From positions 10,324 to 74,323 of the forward strand of contig WHSR01000003.1 in the NCBI GenBank assembly GCA_009379995.1: DNA of 64,000 nt, written 5' to 3'. Shown piece by piece: positions 56,727 through 64,000 of this stretch (position 1 is the stretch's first letter; every line of letters starts with the position of its first letter). This stretch comes from Streptosporangiales bacterium. GTDB taxonomy: Bacteria; Actinomycetota; Actinomycetes; Streptosporangiales; WHSR01. The position numbers and the translations under genes are program-made. The notes under the pieces were generated by a model that was given only the letters and a program-made list of their open reading frames with translations, made no database searches and was not told the origin of the DNA.

Positions 56727-57383
56727 GTGGTGGAGAAGGCCCGGATCTTGCTCGTCGACGACCGGTCGGAGAACCTCACCGCCCTGGAGGCCATCCTCAG
56801 CTCGCTCGACCAGACCCTGATCCGGGCGAACTCGGGCGAGGAGGCGCTCAAGGCCCTCCTCAAGGACGATTTCGCTGTCATCCTGCTGGATGTCCAGATG
56901 CCGGGCATGGACGGCTTCGAGACCGCAAGCCACATCAAGAGGCGGGAAAAGACCAAAGACGTCCCCATCATCTTCTTGACCGTCAGCCACGATCCCCAAC
57001 ACGCGTTTCGCGGGTACGCCTCCGGGGCGGTGGACTACCTGGCGAAGCCTTTCGACCCGTGGGTGCTGCGTGCGAAGGTGTCGGTCTTTGTCGATCTGTA
57101 CCGGAAGAACCGGCAGCTCACCGAGCAGGCGACGCTGCTGCAGTACCGGCTGACCGCCGCGGCGGCGCAGGGATCGGGAGGGGCCGAGAACCCGGCCTCG
57201 TCGGGTGAGAAGCTTCTCGACGAGCTCTCCCGCCGGCTCACCGCCGTCGAGGACCAGCTGGATCTGGTCAGTTCGCAGGCGAAGGTGACGGTGGACGGCG
57301 CCATGGCGAGCTCCGTCACCGAGTTGACAGAACGTGTGGCGCGTCTGCGTGCCGGCCTGGACGCGCTCTGCCCCGCGCCCTAG
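56727..57383 (+). CDS. response regulator (receiver + C-terminal coiled-coil, no DNA-binding domain)
   Basis: ILLVDDRSENL...VILLDVQMPGMDGFE...FLTVSH...YLAKPF, then a helical tail with heptad-like LLDELSRRLTAVEDQLDLV. Confidence 0.85.
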   Translation: MVEKARILLVDDRSENLTALEAILSSLDQTLIRANSGEEALKALLKDDFAVILLDVQMPGMDGFETASHIKRREKTKDVPIIFLTVSHDPQHAFRGYASGAVDYLAKPFDPWVLRAKVSVFVDLYRKNRQLTEQATLLQYRLTAAAAQGSGGAENPASSGEKLLDELSRRLTAVEDQLDLVSSQAKVTVDGAMASSVTELTERVARLRAGLDALCPAP

Positions 57384-57415
57384 CTCAAGTCGGCCGACCC
57401 CTCCCCCACGTCTCG

Positions 57416-57444
57416 TGTCGATCCTGCCGGAAGCCGTTCGTATA
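57416..57444 (+). promoter_or_regulatory. candidate ECF42-type promoter (TGTCGA - 17 nt - CGTATA) upstream of the DGPF/sigma operon
   Basis: TGTCGA at 57416-57421 and CGT.. at 57439. This resembles my recollection of the TGTCGA/CGTC-type motif predicted for ECF42 sigma factors. It lies 58 nt before the DGPF ATG. Confidence 0.3.
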
Positions 57445-57501
57445 GATGGTGGGACCGGAACGGTGCCGGCCCAACATCGACGCGTCAGGGAGGAACCCGA
57501 G

Positions 57502-57855
57502 ATGAAGCAGTACCTGCTCAGCATCTACCAGCCCGACGGGGACCCGCCGCCGCCCGAGGTCCTGGACCCGATCATGCGGGACCTCGAGGCCGTGAACGCC
57601 GAGCTCAGGGCGGCCGGTGCCTGGGTATTCGCCGGGGGCCTGCACCCGCCGAGCACGGCCACCGTGGTGCGACCCAAGGACAACGAGGTGCTCACGACCG
57701 ACGGACCGTACATCGAGGGTAAGGAGCACATCGGCGGGTTCACGGTCATCCAGGCGCCCGATCTCGACGCCGCGCTGGAATGGGGCCGCAAGTTCGCCCG
57801 GGCGATCACCCTCCCGATCGAGGTCAGGCCGATGGAGGGCGGAACCTGCGGGTGA
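57502..57855 (+). CDS. YciI-like / DGPF-domain protein
   Basis: [13 protein letters not shown]...[29 protein letters not shown] contains the DGPF/DGPY motif. AGGGAGGA lies before the ATG. Confidence 0.85.
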   Translation: MKQYLLSIYQPDGDPPPPEVLDPIMRDLEAVNAELRAAGAWVFAGGLHPPSTATVVRPKDNEVLTTDGPYIEGKEHIGGFTVIQAPDLDAALEWGRKFARAITLPIEVRPMEGGTCG

Positions 57856-59051
57856 CGTCCGGCATGCCGGAGGCGCCCGCATCGGCGATAGAGCGCGTGT
57901 TCCGTGAGGAGTACGGCCGCGCGATAGCGGTCCTGGTCCGCGTCTTCGGCGACATCGACCTCGCCGAGGAAGCGGTCCAGGACGCGTTCGCCGCCGCGGT
58001 GCGACGGTGGCCGTCGGCCGGGCTGCCTCCGAGCCCGGCGGGATGGATCGTCACGGCCGCCCGCAACCGGGCGATCGACCGCCTCCGCCGGGAAGCGTCC
58101 CGCGCGGACCGGCACGCCCAGGCAGCCCTGCTGCACGAGGGCGACGAACCGGACAGTGGTGCCAACGAGGAGGGCGCCGTGCGCGACGACCGGCTGCGCC
58201 TGATCTTCACCTGCTGCCACCCTGCGCTCGCCACCGGCGCCCAGGTCGCGCTGACGCTCCGGCTCCTGGGAGGGCTGTCCACCGCGGAGATCGCCCGCGC
58301 CTTCCTGGTACCGGAGCCGACTATGGCCCAGCGGCTGGTCCGAGCCAAGCACAAGATCCGCGACGCGAGGATCCCCTACCGGATCCCGAATGAGGCCGAC
58401 CTCCCGGGTCGCCTCCGGGCCGTGCTGGCCGTCGTCTACCTCATCTTCAACGAGGGCTACACGGCCAGCTCCGGCGACCAGCTCATCCGCGAGGACCTCT
58501 GTACGGAGGCCATCCGACTCGGACGGCTCCTGGCTGAGCTCATGCCCGACGAACCGGAAGTCATGGGGCTGCTCGCGCTCATGCTGCTGGTCCAGTCGCG
58601 CCGGGCCGCCCGCACCACCCCGGAGGGCGACCTCGTACTGCTGGCCGATCAGGACCGCGGCAGCTGGGACCGCGGCCTCATCGCCGAAGGCCAGGCCATC
58701 GTACGAGCTTGCCTGCGGCGCAACCAGCCCGGCCCGTACCAGATCCAAGCGGCGATCAACGCCGTGCACAGCGACGCGCCGTCCGCGGCCGCCACCGACT
58801 GGCGACAGATCCTGCAGCTCTACGACCACCTGCTGTCCCTCACCCCGACCCCGGTCGTGGCGCTGCACCGCTCGGTAGCGGTCGCCGAGGTGGAGGGTCC
58901 GGACGCGGCGCTCACCCACGCCGACCTGCTACGACGCCTGGGCCGCGACGCCGAGGCGGCACGGGCCTACGACGCGGCGATCGCCCGCACCGAGAACGCC
59001 GCCGAACGCGACTTCCTGCGGCGTCGCCGTCAGGCGCTCACCGGCCCGTGA
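57852..59051 (+). CDS. ECF sigma factor, ECF42-like (sigma2-sigma4 plus long C-terminal TPR-like extension)
   Basis: Sigma2 is [16 protein letters not shown]...[19 protein letters not shown]. Sigma4 is [30 protein letters not shown]-terminal extension of about 190 aa follows. GTG 57852 overlaps the DGPF stop (GTGA); ATG 57864 is an alternative start. Confidence 0.85.
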   Translation: MTSGMPEAPASAIERVFREEYGRAIAVLVRVFGDIDLAEEAVQDAFAAAVRRWPSAGLPPSPAGWIVTAARNRAIDRLRREASRADRHAQAALLHEGDEPDSGANEEGAVRDDRLRLIFTCCHPALATGAQVALTLRLLGGLSTAEIARAFLVPEPTMAQRLVRAKHKIRDARIPYRIPNEADLPGRLRAVLAVVYLIFNEGYTASSGDQLIREDLCTEAIRLGRLLAELMPDEPEVMGLLALMLLVQSRRAARTTPEGDLVLLADQDRGSWDRGLIAEGQAIVRACLRRNQPGPYQIQAAINAVHSDAPSAAATDWRQILQLYDHLLSLTPTPVVALHRSVAVAEVEGPDAALTHADLLRRLGRDAEAARAYDAAIARTENAAERDFLRRRRQALTGP

Positions 59052-59866
59052 AGCCCGTGGCGGCCGGCGTACCGGACCGGGGACAGAGGCGCCCAGCCCG
59101 CGAGGAGCTCCTCGTACACGGAGAACACCTGCACCCCGAGCGGCCGGCAGACGTCGAGCGGATCGCCGGCCTCCGGACCCCACAGCGGCACCGAGAGGTC
59201 GCCGCCCGGGCAGGTCGACAGGGCACACAGCAAATCGATCTCCGCCATGAACTCGAAGAAATCGCCCGTCCGCGCGGGCGACGCACTCATGAAATACCGA
59301 TCGTCGACGAGGCCCGTCACCTGGAAGACGTTGAGCACGTCGTGGACGTCGAACTCGGTGAGCCCGTACGGGAGCACCGCGCGGACCAGGTTCGAGTGGC
59401 AGTGCTGGTCGAAGTCTTCCCCGGTGAGCAGCTTGTTGACGTACGGGTCGCAGCGCGAGCCGAGCAGATCGTGGCAGCGCCCACCGTGCTCGTCGACGCC
59501 GTAGTCGACGGTGTCGGCAGTGATGGTCAACATCGGCCGCAGGTACGGCAGGCAGGACCAGAGCCGGTCGTAGGTCGTCACGTGCGCGGCGTGCAGCTGG
59601 CGGGTGCGCGCCGCCCAGAACCGCTCGCGCGGGTTGTGCAGGCTCCAGCAGTTGAAGTCGCCCACCTGTGGGCCCTCGACGGCGACGATCCGGCACACCT
59701 GACCGGCCCGGACCGTCCACGCCCGCCCGGACCGGATCGGAATCACGAACTCCTCGGCGAGCCGGCGCCGGTCCGTGCCCGCCGCGATCCGGGCGTAGAA
59801 GTCCCTGTCGACATCGAGCGGGCTCCCCTTCGTCGCCCGGTAGGCGGGCTGCGGCCGCTGGGTCAC
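59030..59866 (-). CDS. DUF1989 (urea-carboxylase-associated) family protein
   Basis: 278 aa. [35 protein letters not shown]...HCHSNL...DVLNVFQ is the typical DUF1989 pattern. The GTG start overlaps the livF-like stop by 1 nt. Confidence 0.8.
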   Translation of the reverse strand: MTQRPQPAYRATKGSPLDVDRDFYARIAAGTDRRRLAEEFVIPIRSGRAWTVRAGQVCRIVAVEGPQVGDFNCWSLHNPRERFWAARTRQLHAAHVTTYDRLWSCLPYLRPMLTITADTVDYGVDEHGGRCHDLLGSRCDPYVNKLLTGEDFDQHCHSNLVRAVLPYGLTEFDVHDVLNVFQVTGLVDDRYFMSASPARTGDFFEFMAEIDLLCALSTCPGGDLSVPLWGPEAGDPLDVCRPLGVQVFSVYEELLAGWAPLSPVRYAGRHGLHGPVSA

Positions 59867-60618
59867 TAGGGCACCGTCCCGTCCGGCGGCTCGTCGACAC
59901 TGGCGCTTCCGCCGAGGTAGGCGGCCTGCACACGGGGGTCCGCGGCCAGCTCCCCGGCCGGGCCGGACAGCACGACCCGGCCGGTCTCCAGGACGAACGC
60001 GCGGTCGGCGAGCCGGAGGGCCTGCCGGACGTTCTGCTCGACCATGAGGATCGTCGTACCGGCCGCCCGGATCCGCTGGATGACCTGGCCGACCGCCCTG
60101 ACCACGGCGGGGGCGAGGCCCATGGACGGCTCGTCGAGCGCCAACAGCCGGGGACGCGACATGAGGGCGCGGCCGATGGCCAGCATCTGCTGCTCGCCCC
60201 CGGACAGCGTGCCGGCCACCTGCCGGCGGCGTTCGACGAGCCGCGGGAACAGCGCGTAGACCGCGTCCCTGTCCTCGGACATCCGTTTGCGGTCACCCCG
60301 CGAGAGGTATGCCCCGAGGCTGAGGTTCTCGTCAACGGTCAGTCCAGAGAAGATCCGCCTGCCTTCGGGCACGTGGACCAGGCCCGCCGAGACGATCTCG
60401 TGCGGGCGCGCCCTGGTGAGGTCCGAGCCGTCGAAGATGACGGCACCCGACCGCGCACGCTGCAGCCCGGAGATGGTCCGCAGCGTCGTCGTCTTCCCCG
60501 CGCCGTTGCTGCCCAGCAGCGCGACGATCTCGCCCTCCTCGACGTCCAGCGACGCACCCTTGAGGGCCTCCGTGTCCCGGTAGAAGGTGTGCAGGTCACG
60601 GACGTCTAGGAACGCCAC
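59866..60618 (-). CDS. livF: branched-chain-amino-acid-type ABC transporter ATP-binding protein (LivF-like)
   Basis: GTG 60616-60618. Walker A is GSNGAGKTT, the signature is LSGGEQQM, Walker B is LLALDEPSMGL. Confidence 0.9.
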   Translation of the reverse strand: MAFLDVRDLHTFYRDTEALKGASLDVEEGEIVALLGSNGAGKTTTLRTISGLQRARSGAVIFDGSDLTRARPHEIVSAGLVHVPEGRRIFSGLTVDENLSLGAYLSRGDRKRMSEDRDAVYALFPRLVERRRQVAGTLSGGEQQMLAIGRALMSRPRLLALDEPSMGLAPAVVRAVGQVIQRIRAAGTTILMVEQNVRQALRLADRAFVLETGRVVLSGPAGELAADPRVQAAYLGGSASVDEPPDGTVP

Positions 60619-62447
60619 CCGAGCACCTCCTCGACAGTCTCCGCCGCCGTCTCCTCCTCGCCCCCCAGGTAGGCGTCGATGACCCGCTGGTTTCCGCGGA
60701 CCTGCTCGGGAGTCCCCTCGGCGATCATCTGGCCCTGATCCATCACGATCACCCGATCGGAGACGCTCATCACCAGGTCCATGTCGTGCTCGATCAGGAC
60801 GACCGAGACGCCACTGTCGCGCACCTGCCGGATGAGGCCCATGAGCTCGTTCTTCTCCGTCGGGTTCGTGCCGGCGGCCGGCTCGTCCAGCAGCACCGCG
60901 AACGGCTCGCTGGCGAGCGCACGAGCGATCTCCAGCCGACGCCGCTCGCCATACGACAGCTCTCTCGCCAGGCTGTCGCCGCGATCCCCGAGTCCGACGA
61001 ACCCGAGCCACCGGCGGACCTCGGCGTGCGTCGCTCCGCTCACCCCCACTAGCCCGCCCGTGAGTCCGCGGGACGTTCGCCAACCGTCGCGGCGACGGCG
61101 ACAGTAGCGCCCGACGAGCACGTTGTCGGCCGCGCTCAGCCCGTCGAACAGCCGGATGCCCTGGAAAGTCCGGGCGAGGCCCGCGGCGACGACGCGGTGC
61201 GGTGCCCGGCGGTGCAGGACCCGGCGGCCGTGCCTTCCCCCGTGCAGCACCACCCGTCCCGCATCGGGCTTCGTGACACCGGTGATGCAGTTGAACAGCG
61301 TTGTCTTGCCGGCACCGTTCGGCCCGATGATGCTGACGATCTCCCCGGTCCGTACGGTGAAGCTCACGTCGTCGACGGCCCGGACCCCGCCGAAACGACG
61401 GCTCACCCCGGCGACGGTCAGCAGGTCCTCCCCGGCTGCCGGCTGCCCTCGCGTCGCGGGCGCGGCCGCCTCGAGCGGAGCGGCCGGCACGGGCCGTCCC
61501 CGCGGCGCACCGCGGGGACGCGGGGCCGGCCACAGGCCCTGCGGCCGAAAGACCATCAGCGCGATCAGCGCGAGGGCGAAGATCAGCAGTCGGAAGTCGG
61601 CCACCGCCCGCAGCGCCTCCGGAAGGGCGATGATGACCAACGCGCCGAGGAGGACACCCGGCAGGCTGCCCATCCCGCCCACGATCACGACGAGCAGGAT
61701 CTGCACCGAAACCAGAAAAGTGAAGCTGGTGGGATCGACGGCACCGAACCGTGCGGCGAAGAACGGGCCGGCCACCCCGCCGACGATGGCGCCCATGACG
61801 TAGGCGAGGAGCTTCACCCGGACGGTCGGCACGCCCACCGCCTCGGCGGCGGTCTCGTCCTCGCGGAGGCTCCGCCATGCGTACCCGAGCCACGATCGGG
61901 ACAGCACCCAGGACAGGAGCAGCGCGGCGACTGTGAAGGCGAGCCCGAGGTAGTACAGGCCCGGAATGGAGGTGATCGAAACCCCGGCGATGCCCGGCGC
62001 CGGGATGCCGTACAGCCCGTTGGGGCCGCCCGTGATCGTCAGGTTGGTGGCGATGATGCGGACGATCTCCCCGAAGCCGAGCGTGACGATCGCCAGGTAG
62101 TCGCTGCGCAGGCGCAACGTGGGATAGCCGATGATGCATCCGCCGATCGCCGTCGCGACGACCGCGAACGGGAGGGTCTGCCAGAAGCCCAAACCCGCCT
62201 CGAGGCTCAACAGCGAGGAGGTGTAGGCGCCGATCGCGAAGAACGCGGCGTAGCCCAGATCGAGCAGTCCGGCGTAGCCGACGACGATGTTGAGGCCGAG
62301 GCCGAGCATGGCGAAGGTGAGCACGCTCGTCGCAATGGACAGCTGGTAGCTGCCCATCACGAGGGGCGCCGCCAGCGCCACGGCGAGCGTGACCGCCCAA
62401 CCGGCAGCCGCGCGGCGTTCCGAGACGAGGCCCAGGACCCGCGGCAT
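60606..62447 (-). CDS. fused permease + ATPase (LivM-LivG fusion)
   Basis: Starts at MPRVLGLVSE (ATG 62445-62447). The N-terminal LivM-like polytopic domain has LDLGYAAFFAIGAY and GGPNGLYGIP. A Pro/Arg/Ala linker follows. The LivG-like domain has GPNGAGKTT, LSYGERRRLEIARAL and LLDEPAAG. Confidence 0.85.
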   Translation of the reverse strand: MPRVLGLVSERRAAAGWAVTLAVALAAPLVMGSYQLSIATSVLTFAMLGLGLNIVVGYAGLLDLGYAAFFAIGAYTSSLLSLEAGLGFWQTLPFAVVATAIGGCIIGYPTLRLRSDYLAIVTLGFGEIVRIIATNLTITGGPNGLYGIPAPGIAGVSITSIPGLYYLGLAFTVAALLLSWVLSRSWLGYAWRSLREDETAAEAVGVPTVRVKLLAYVMGAIVGGVAGPFFAARFGAVDPTSFTFLVSVQILLVVIVGGMGSLPGVLLGALVIIALPEALRAVADFRLLIFALALIALMVFRPQGLWPAPRPRGAPRGRPVPAAPLEAAAPATRGQPAAGEDLLTVAGVSRRFGGVRAVDDVSFTVRTGEIVSIIGPNGAGKTTLFNCITGVTKPDAGRVVLHGGRHGRRVLHRRAPHRVVAAGLARTFQGIRLFDGLSAADNVLVGRYCRRRRDGWRTSRGLTGGLVGVSGATHAEVRRWLGFVGLGDRGDSLARELSYGERRRLEIARALASEPFAVLLDEPAAGTNPTEKNELMGLIRQVRDSGVSVVLIEHDMDLVMSVSDRVIVMDQGQMIAEGTPEQVRGNQRVIDAYLGGEEETAAETVEEVLGWRS

Positions 62448-62449
62448 CA

Positions 62450-62610
62450 GGGGGTATCCCGTGGGTCTCGTTCGTCGCGAGCGGCGATCCGGGTGGATGC
62501 GTCGCAACGCGGAGGAGGAGCGCGTAGTGGAGCTACGCGCGACGACGACAACGCAGCGACGCGCCATCCGGGCGCCGCGCAGCAGAACAGCAGACCCACG
62601 GGATACCCCC
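62450..62610. repeat. 161-bp imperfect palindromic element with 19-bp perfect terminal inverted repeats, filling the livH-livM spacer
   Basis: GGGGGTATCCCGTGGGTCT (62450-62468) pairs with AGACCCACGGGATACCCCC (62592-62610). A central perfect hairpin GCGCGTAG-tggag-CTACGCGC lies at 62520-62540. The whole element is symmetric about 62530, and the middle arms are about 75% complementary by my gapped alignment. Confidence 0.8.
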
Positions 62611-63509
62611 TAAACGCGCTCCACGATGCGTTCGCCGAACAGACCCGTCGGCTTCACCACGAGAACGAGGATGAGAACGCAGAAGACGAGGGCGTCGGTC
62701 CACCGAGCGGACACGTAAGCCGCGGCGAACGACTGGAGCAGACCGATCAACAGGCCTGCGACCATCGCACCGGGAATGTTGCCGATCCCGCCGAGCACCG
62801 CCGCGGTGAACGCGCGCAGCCCGATGAGAAAGCCCATGATGAAGTTGATCTGGGTGTAGTACAGCCCCTGCATGACCCCCGCAGCGCCGGCGAGCACCGA
62901 GCCGAGGAAGAACGTCAGCAGGATGATGCGCTCGACGTTGATCCCCATCAGCCGCGCGGCGTCGCGGTCCATGGCGAGGGCCCGCATGGCGGTGCCGAGC
63001 ATGGTGCGGTGCACGAACAGGTACAGCCCCACCATCAGGAGCACGGCCATCACGAACATCCCGACCTGGGCGTAGGTGAGGCGTACCCCGGCGACCCCGA
63101 ACCCGGCGGTCGGCAGCAGGTGCGGGTACGAGCTGAATCCGGCGCCGAAGATGAGCCTCGCCGACTCCTCCAGCGCCAGCGAGGCGCCGAGCGCGCTGAT
63201 CAGGATCGCCAGCCGGGGTGCCGACAGCAGCGGCTGGTAGGCCACCCGTTCGACCACCACACCGAGAAGGCCGGTGAAGAGCATGCCGGCGACGAGCGCC
63301 GCCATGACGATAAGCGCGACGGGTACGTGGGCCGCGGCGGCGGCCACCAAAACCGTGTACCCGGCGAATGCGCCGACCATGAAGATGTCGCCGTGGGCGA
63401 AGTTGATCAGCCTGATGATCCCGTAGATCATCGTGTAGCCGAGTGCGGTGAGCGAGAGGAACGCCCCGATGGTCAGGCCGTTCACCAGGTACTGAAGGAA
63501 CTGGCTCAA
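62610..63509 (-). CDS. livH: branched-chain-amino-acid-type ABC transporter permease (LivH-like)
   Basis: 299 aa. MSQFLQYLVNGLTIGAFLSLTALGYTMIYGIIRLINFAHGD. TTG start behind GGGAGGTGG. Confidence 0.9.
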   Translation of the reverse strand: MSQFLQYLVNGLTIGAFLSLTALGYTMIYGIIRLINFAHGDIFMVGAFAGYTVLVAAAAAHVPVALIVMAALVAGMLFTGLLGVVVERVAYQPLLSAPRLAILISALGASLALEESARLIFGAGFSSYPHLLPTAGFGVAGVRLTYAQVGMFVMAVLLMVGLYLFVHRTMLGTAMRALAMDRDAARLMGINVERIILLTFFLGSVLAGAAGVMQGLYYTQINFIMGFLIGLRAFTAAVLGGIGNIPGAMVAGLLIGLLQSFAAAYVSARWTDALVFCVLILVLVVKPTGLFGERIVERV

Positions 63510-63539
63510 CCCCGCCCACCTCCCGGGACCAGCGGTCGG

Positions 63540-64000
63540 TCAGCCAAAGTCAACCCACTGGCCGTCCTTCAGGTCCTTGTAGCCGGCGAACTTACCGTCC
63601 TCGACCCGCGCGATGATGTACACCGGGTCGGATCGGTCGCCGTTCTCGTCGAAGGTGATGGTGCCGGTAAGGCCCTGGAACCCCTTGATGCCGGCGAGGG
63701 CCTGGGTGATCTTCTCCGGCTCGGCCGATCCCGCCTTCTCGATGGCCTCGGCCACCACGGAGACCGCGTCGTACTCGTACACCGAGTACGGGCCGGGCTG
63801 GGCACCGTGCGCCTGCTGGTAGCTCTTCACGTAGTCCTGCGCCGCCGGCAGAAACTGCGCCAGCGGGGCGGTGGACAGCATGAAGCCCTCGGCGGCCGGA
63901 CCCGCCGTCTTGATGAGCGTCGGATCGTTGGTGGCGTCGCCGCCCACCATCTGGAAGTCCGCGCCCAGTTGTTTGGCCTGCTTGATGAGCAGCCCGGCCT
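63540..64000 (-). CDS. Liv-type ABC transporter substrate-binding protein (C-terminal part; N-terminus beyond the window end)
   Basis: ...MVGGDATNDPTLIKTAGPAAEGFMLSTAP...YVKSYQQAHGAQPGPYSVYEYDAVSVVAEAIEKAGS...GLTGTITFDENGD is the type-I periplasmic binding fold pattern. Confidence 0.85.
   Translation of the reverse strand, partial: AGLLIKQAKQLGADFQMVGGDATNDPTLIKTAGPAAEGFMLSTAPLAQFLPAAQDYVKSYQQAHGAQPGPYSVYEYDAVSVVAEAIEKAGSAEPEKITQALAGIKGFQGLTGTITFDENGDRSDPVYIIARVEDGKFAGYKDLKDGQWVDFG

Noticed and set aside
57525-60335. 464-aa (57525-58919) and 468-aa (58929-60335) minus-strand ORFs
   Set aside because: They are antisense or off-frame to the ECF42 sigma, DUF1989 and LivF genes, which carry clear family motifs. 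Their composition is junk.
59866-62400. 844-aa minus-strand ORF
   Set aside because: Only the C-terminal 250 aa (LivF-like) are genuine. The remainder is an off-frame reading of the LivM-LivG gene.
62448-62613. In-frame ATG at 62567 extending LivM by 40 aa, and the 74-aa plus-strand ORF 62389-62613
   Set aside because: Both lie inside the palindromic element and encode Arg-rich low-complexity peptides. No SD is present, and the plus-strand ORF is antisense to the operon.

Overview
This is a very GC-rich, actinomycete-type chromosomal segment: third codon positions are almost all G/C, and I estimate about 70% GC by eye. It holds about 60 protein-coding genes. I found no rRNA, tRNA, CRISPR array, or intact transposase or integrase. 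Many long ORFs in the track are antisense or off-frame 'shadow' ORFs (Arg/Pro/Gly-rich) and were rejected. Gene order is as follows. Positions 1-12.4 kb: a secreted beta-helix protein (partial), a WYL regulator, a VOC protein, a DUF222-HNH endonuclease, an amidohydrolase, a truncated NmrA-like remnant, fused anthranilate synthase TrpE(G) with a Trp-codon leader/attenuator, a methyltransferase, an amidase, an SDR and a secreted protein. Positions 12.4-22.6 kb: a tightly coupled 7-gene operon with a divergent IclR regulator. The operon encodes acetoacetate-CoA ligase, a split PEP-synthase/phenylphosphate-synthase-like phosphotransferase, BCCP, biotin carboxylase, a pyruvate-carboxylase-type carboxyltransferase and a HAD-IIA hydrolase. 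Positions 22.6-31.5 kb: a cytoplasmic GH5-like glycosidase, a Dpp/Opp-type ABC importer and a LacI regulator, behind two CebR-type boxes. Positions 31.5-36.2 kb: small membrane proteins, then a DtxR-family regulator with feoA and a split feoB. Positions 36.2-38.6 kb: a gene-decay patch containing a TetR gene with a 5-bp duplication, enoyl-CoA hydratase and AKR stubs, and a DUF2637 fragment. Positions 38.6-49.1 kb: an acyl-CoA dehydrogenase, an ABC exporter, SoxR with its box facing a truncated target, DUF72, a GntR/Ldh2/UxaA sugar-acid cluster, and nadA with NrtR. Positions 49.1-59.1 kb: an LPXTG surface protein, a HATPase-PAS-GAF-GAF-PP2C protein, a cytoplasmic poly-HAMP hybrid histidine kinase with a receiver protein, and a DGPF/ECF42 sigma pair. 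Positions 59.0-64 kb: a DUF1989 protein coupled to a Liv-type ABC transporter whose livH-livM spacer holds a 161-bp palindromic element. My best candidate for an undescribed system is the phosphotransferase plus biotin-carboxylase plus beta-ketoacid-CoA-ligase operon at 12.4-21.7 kb.
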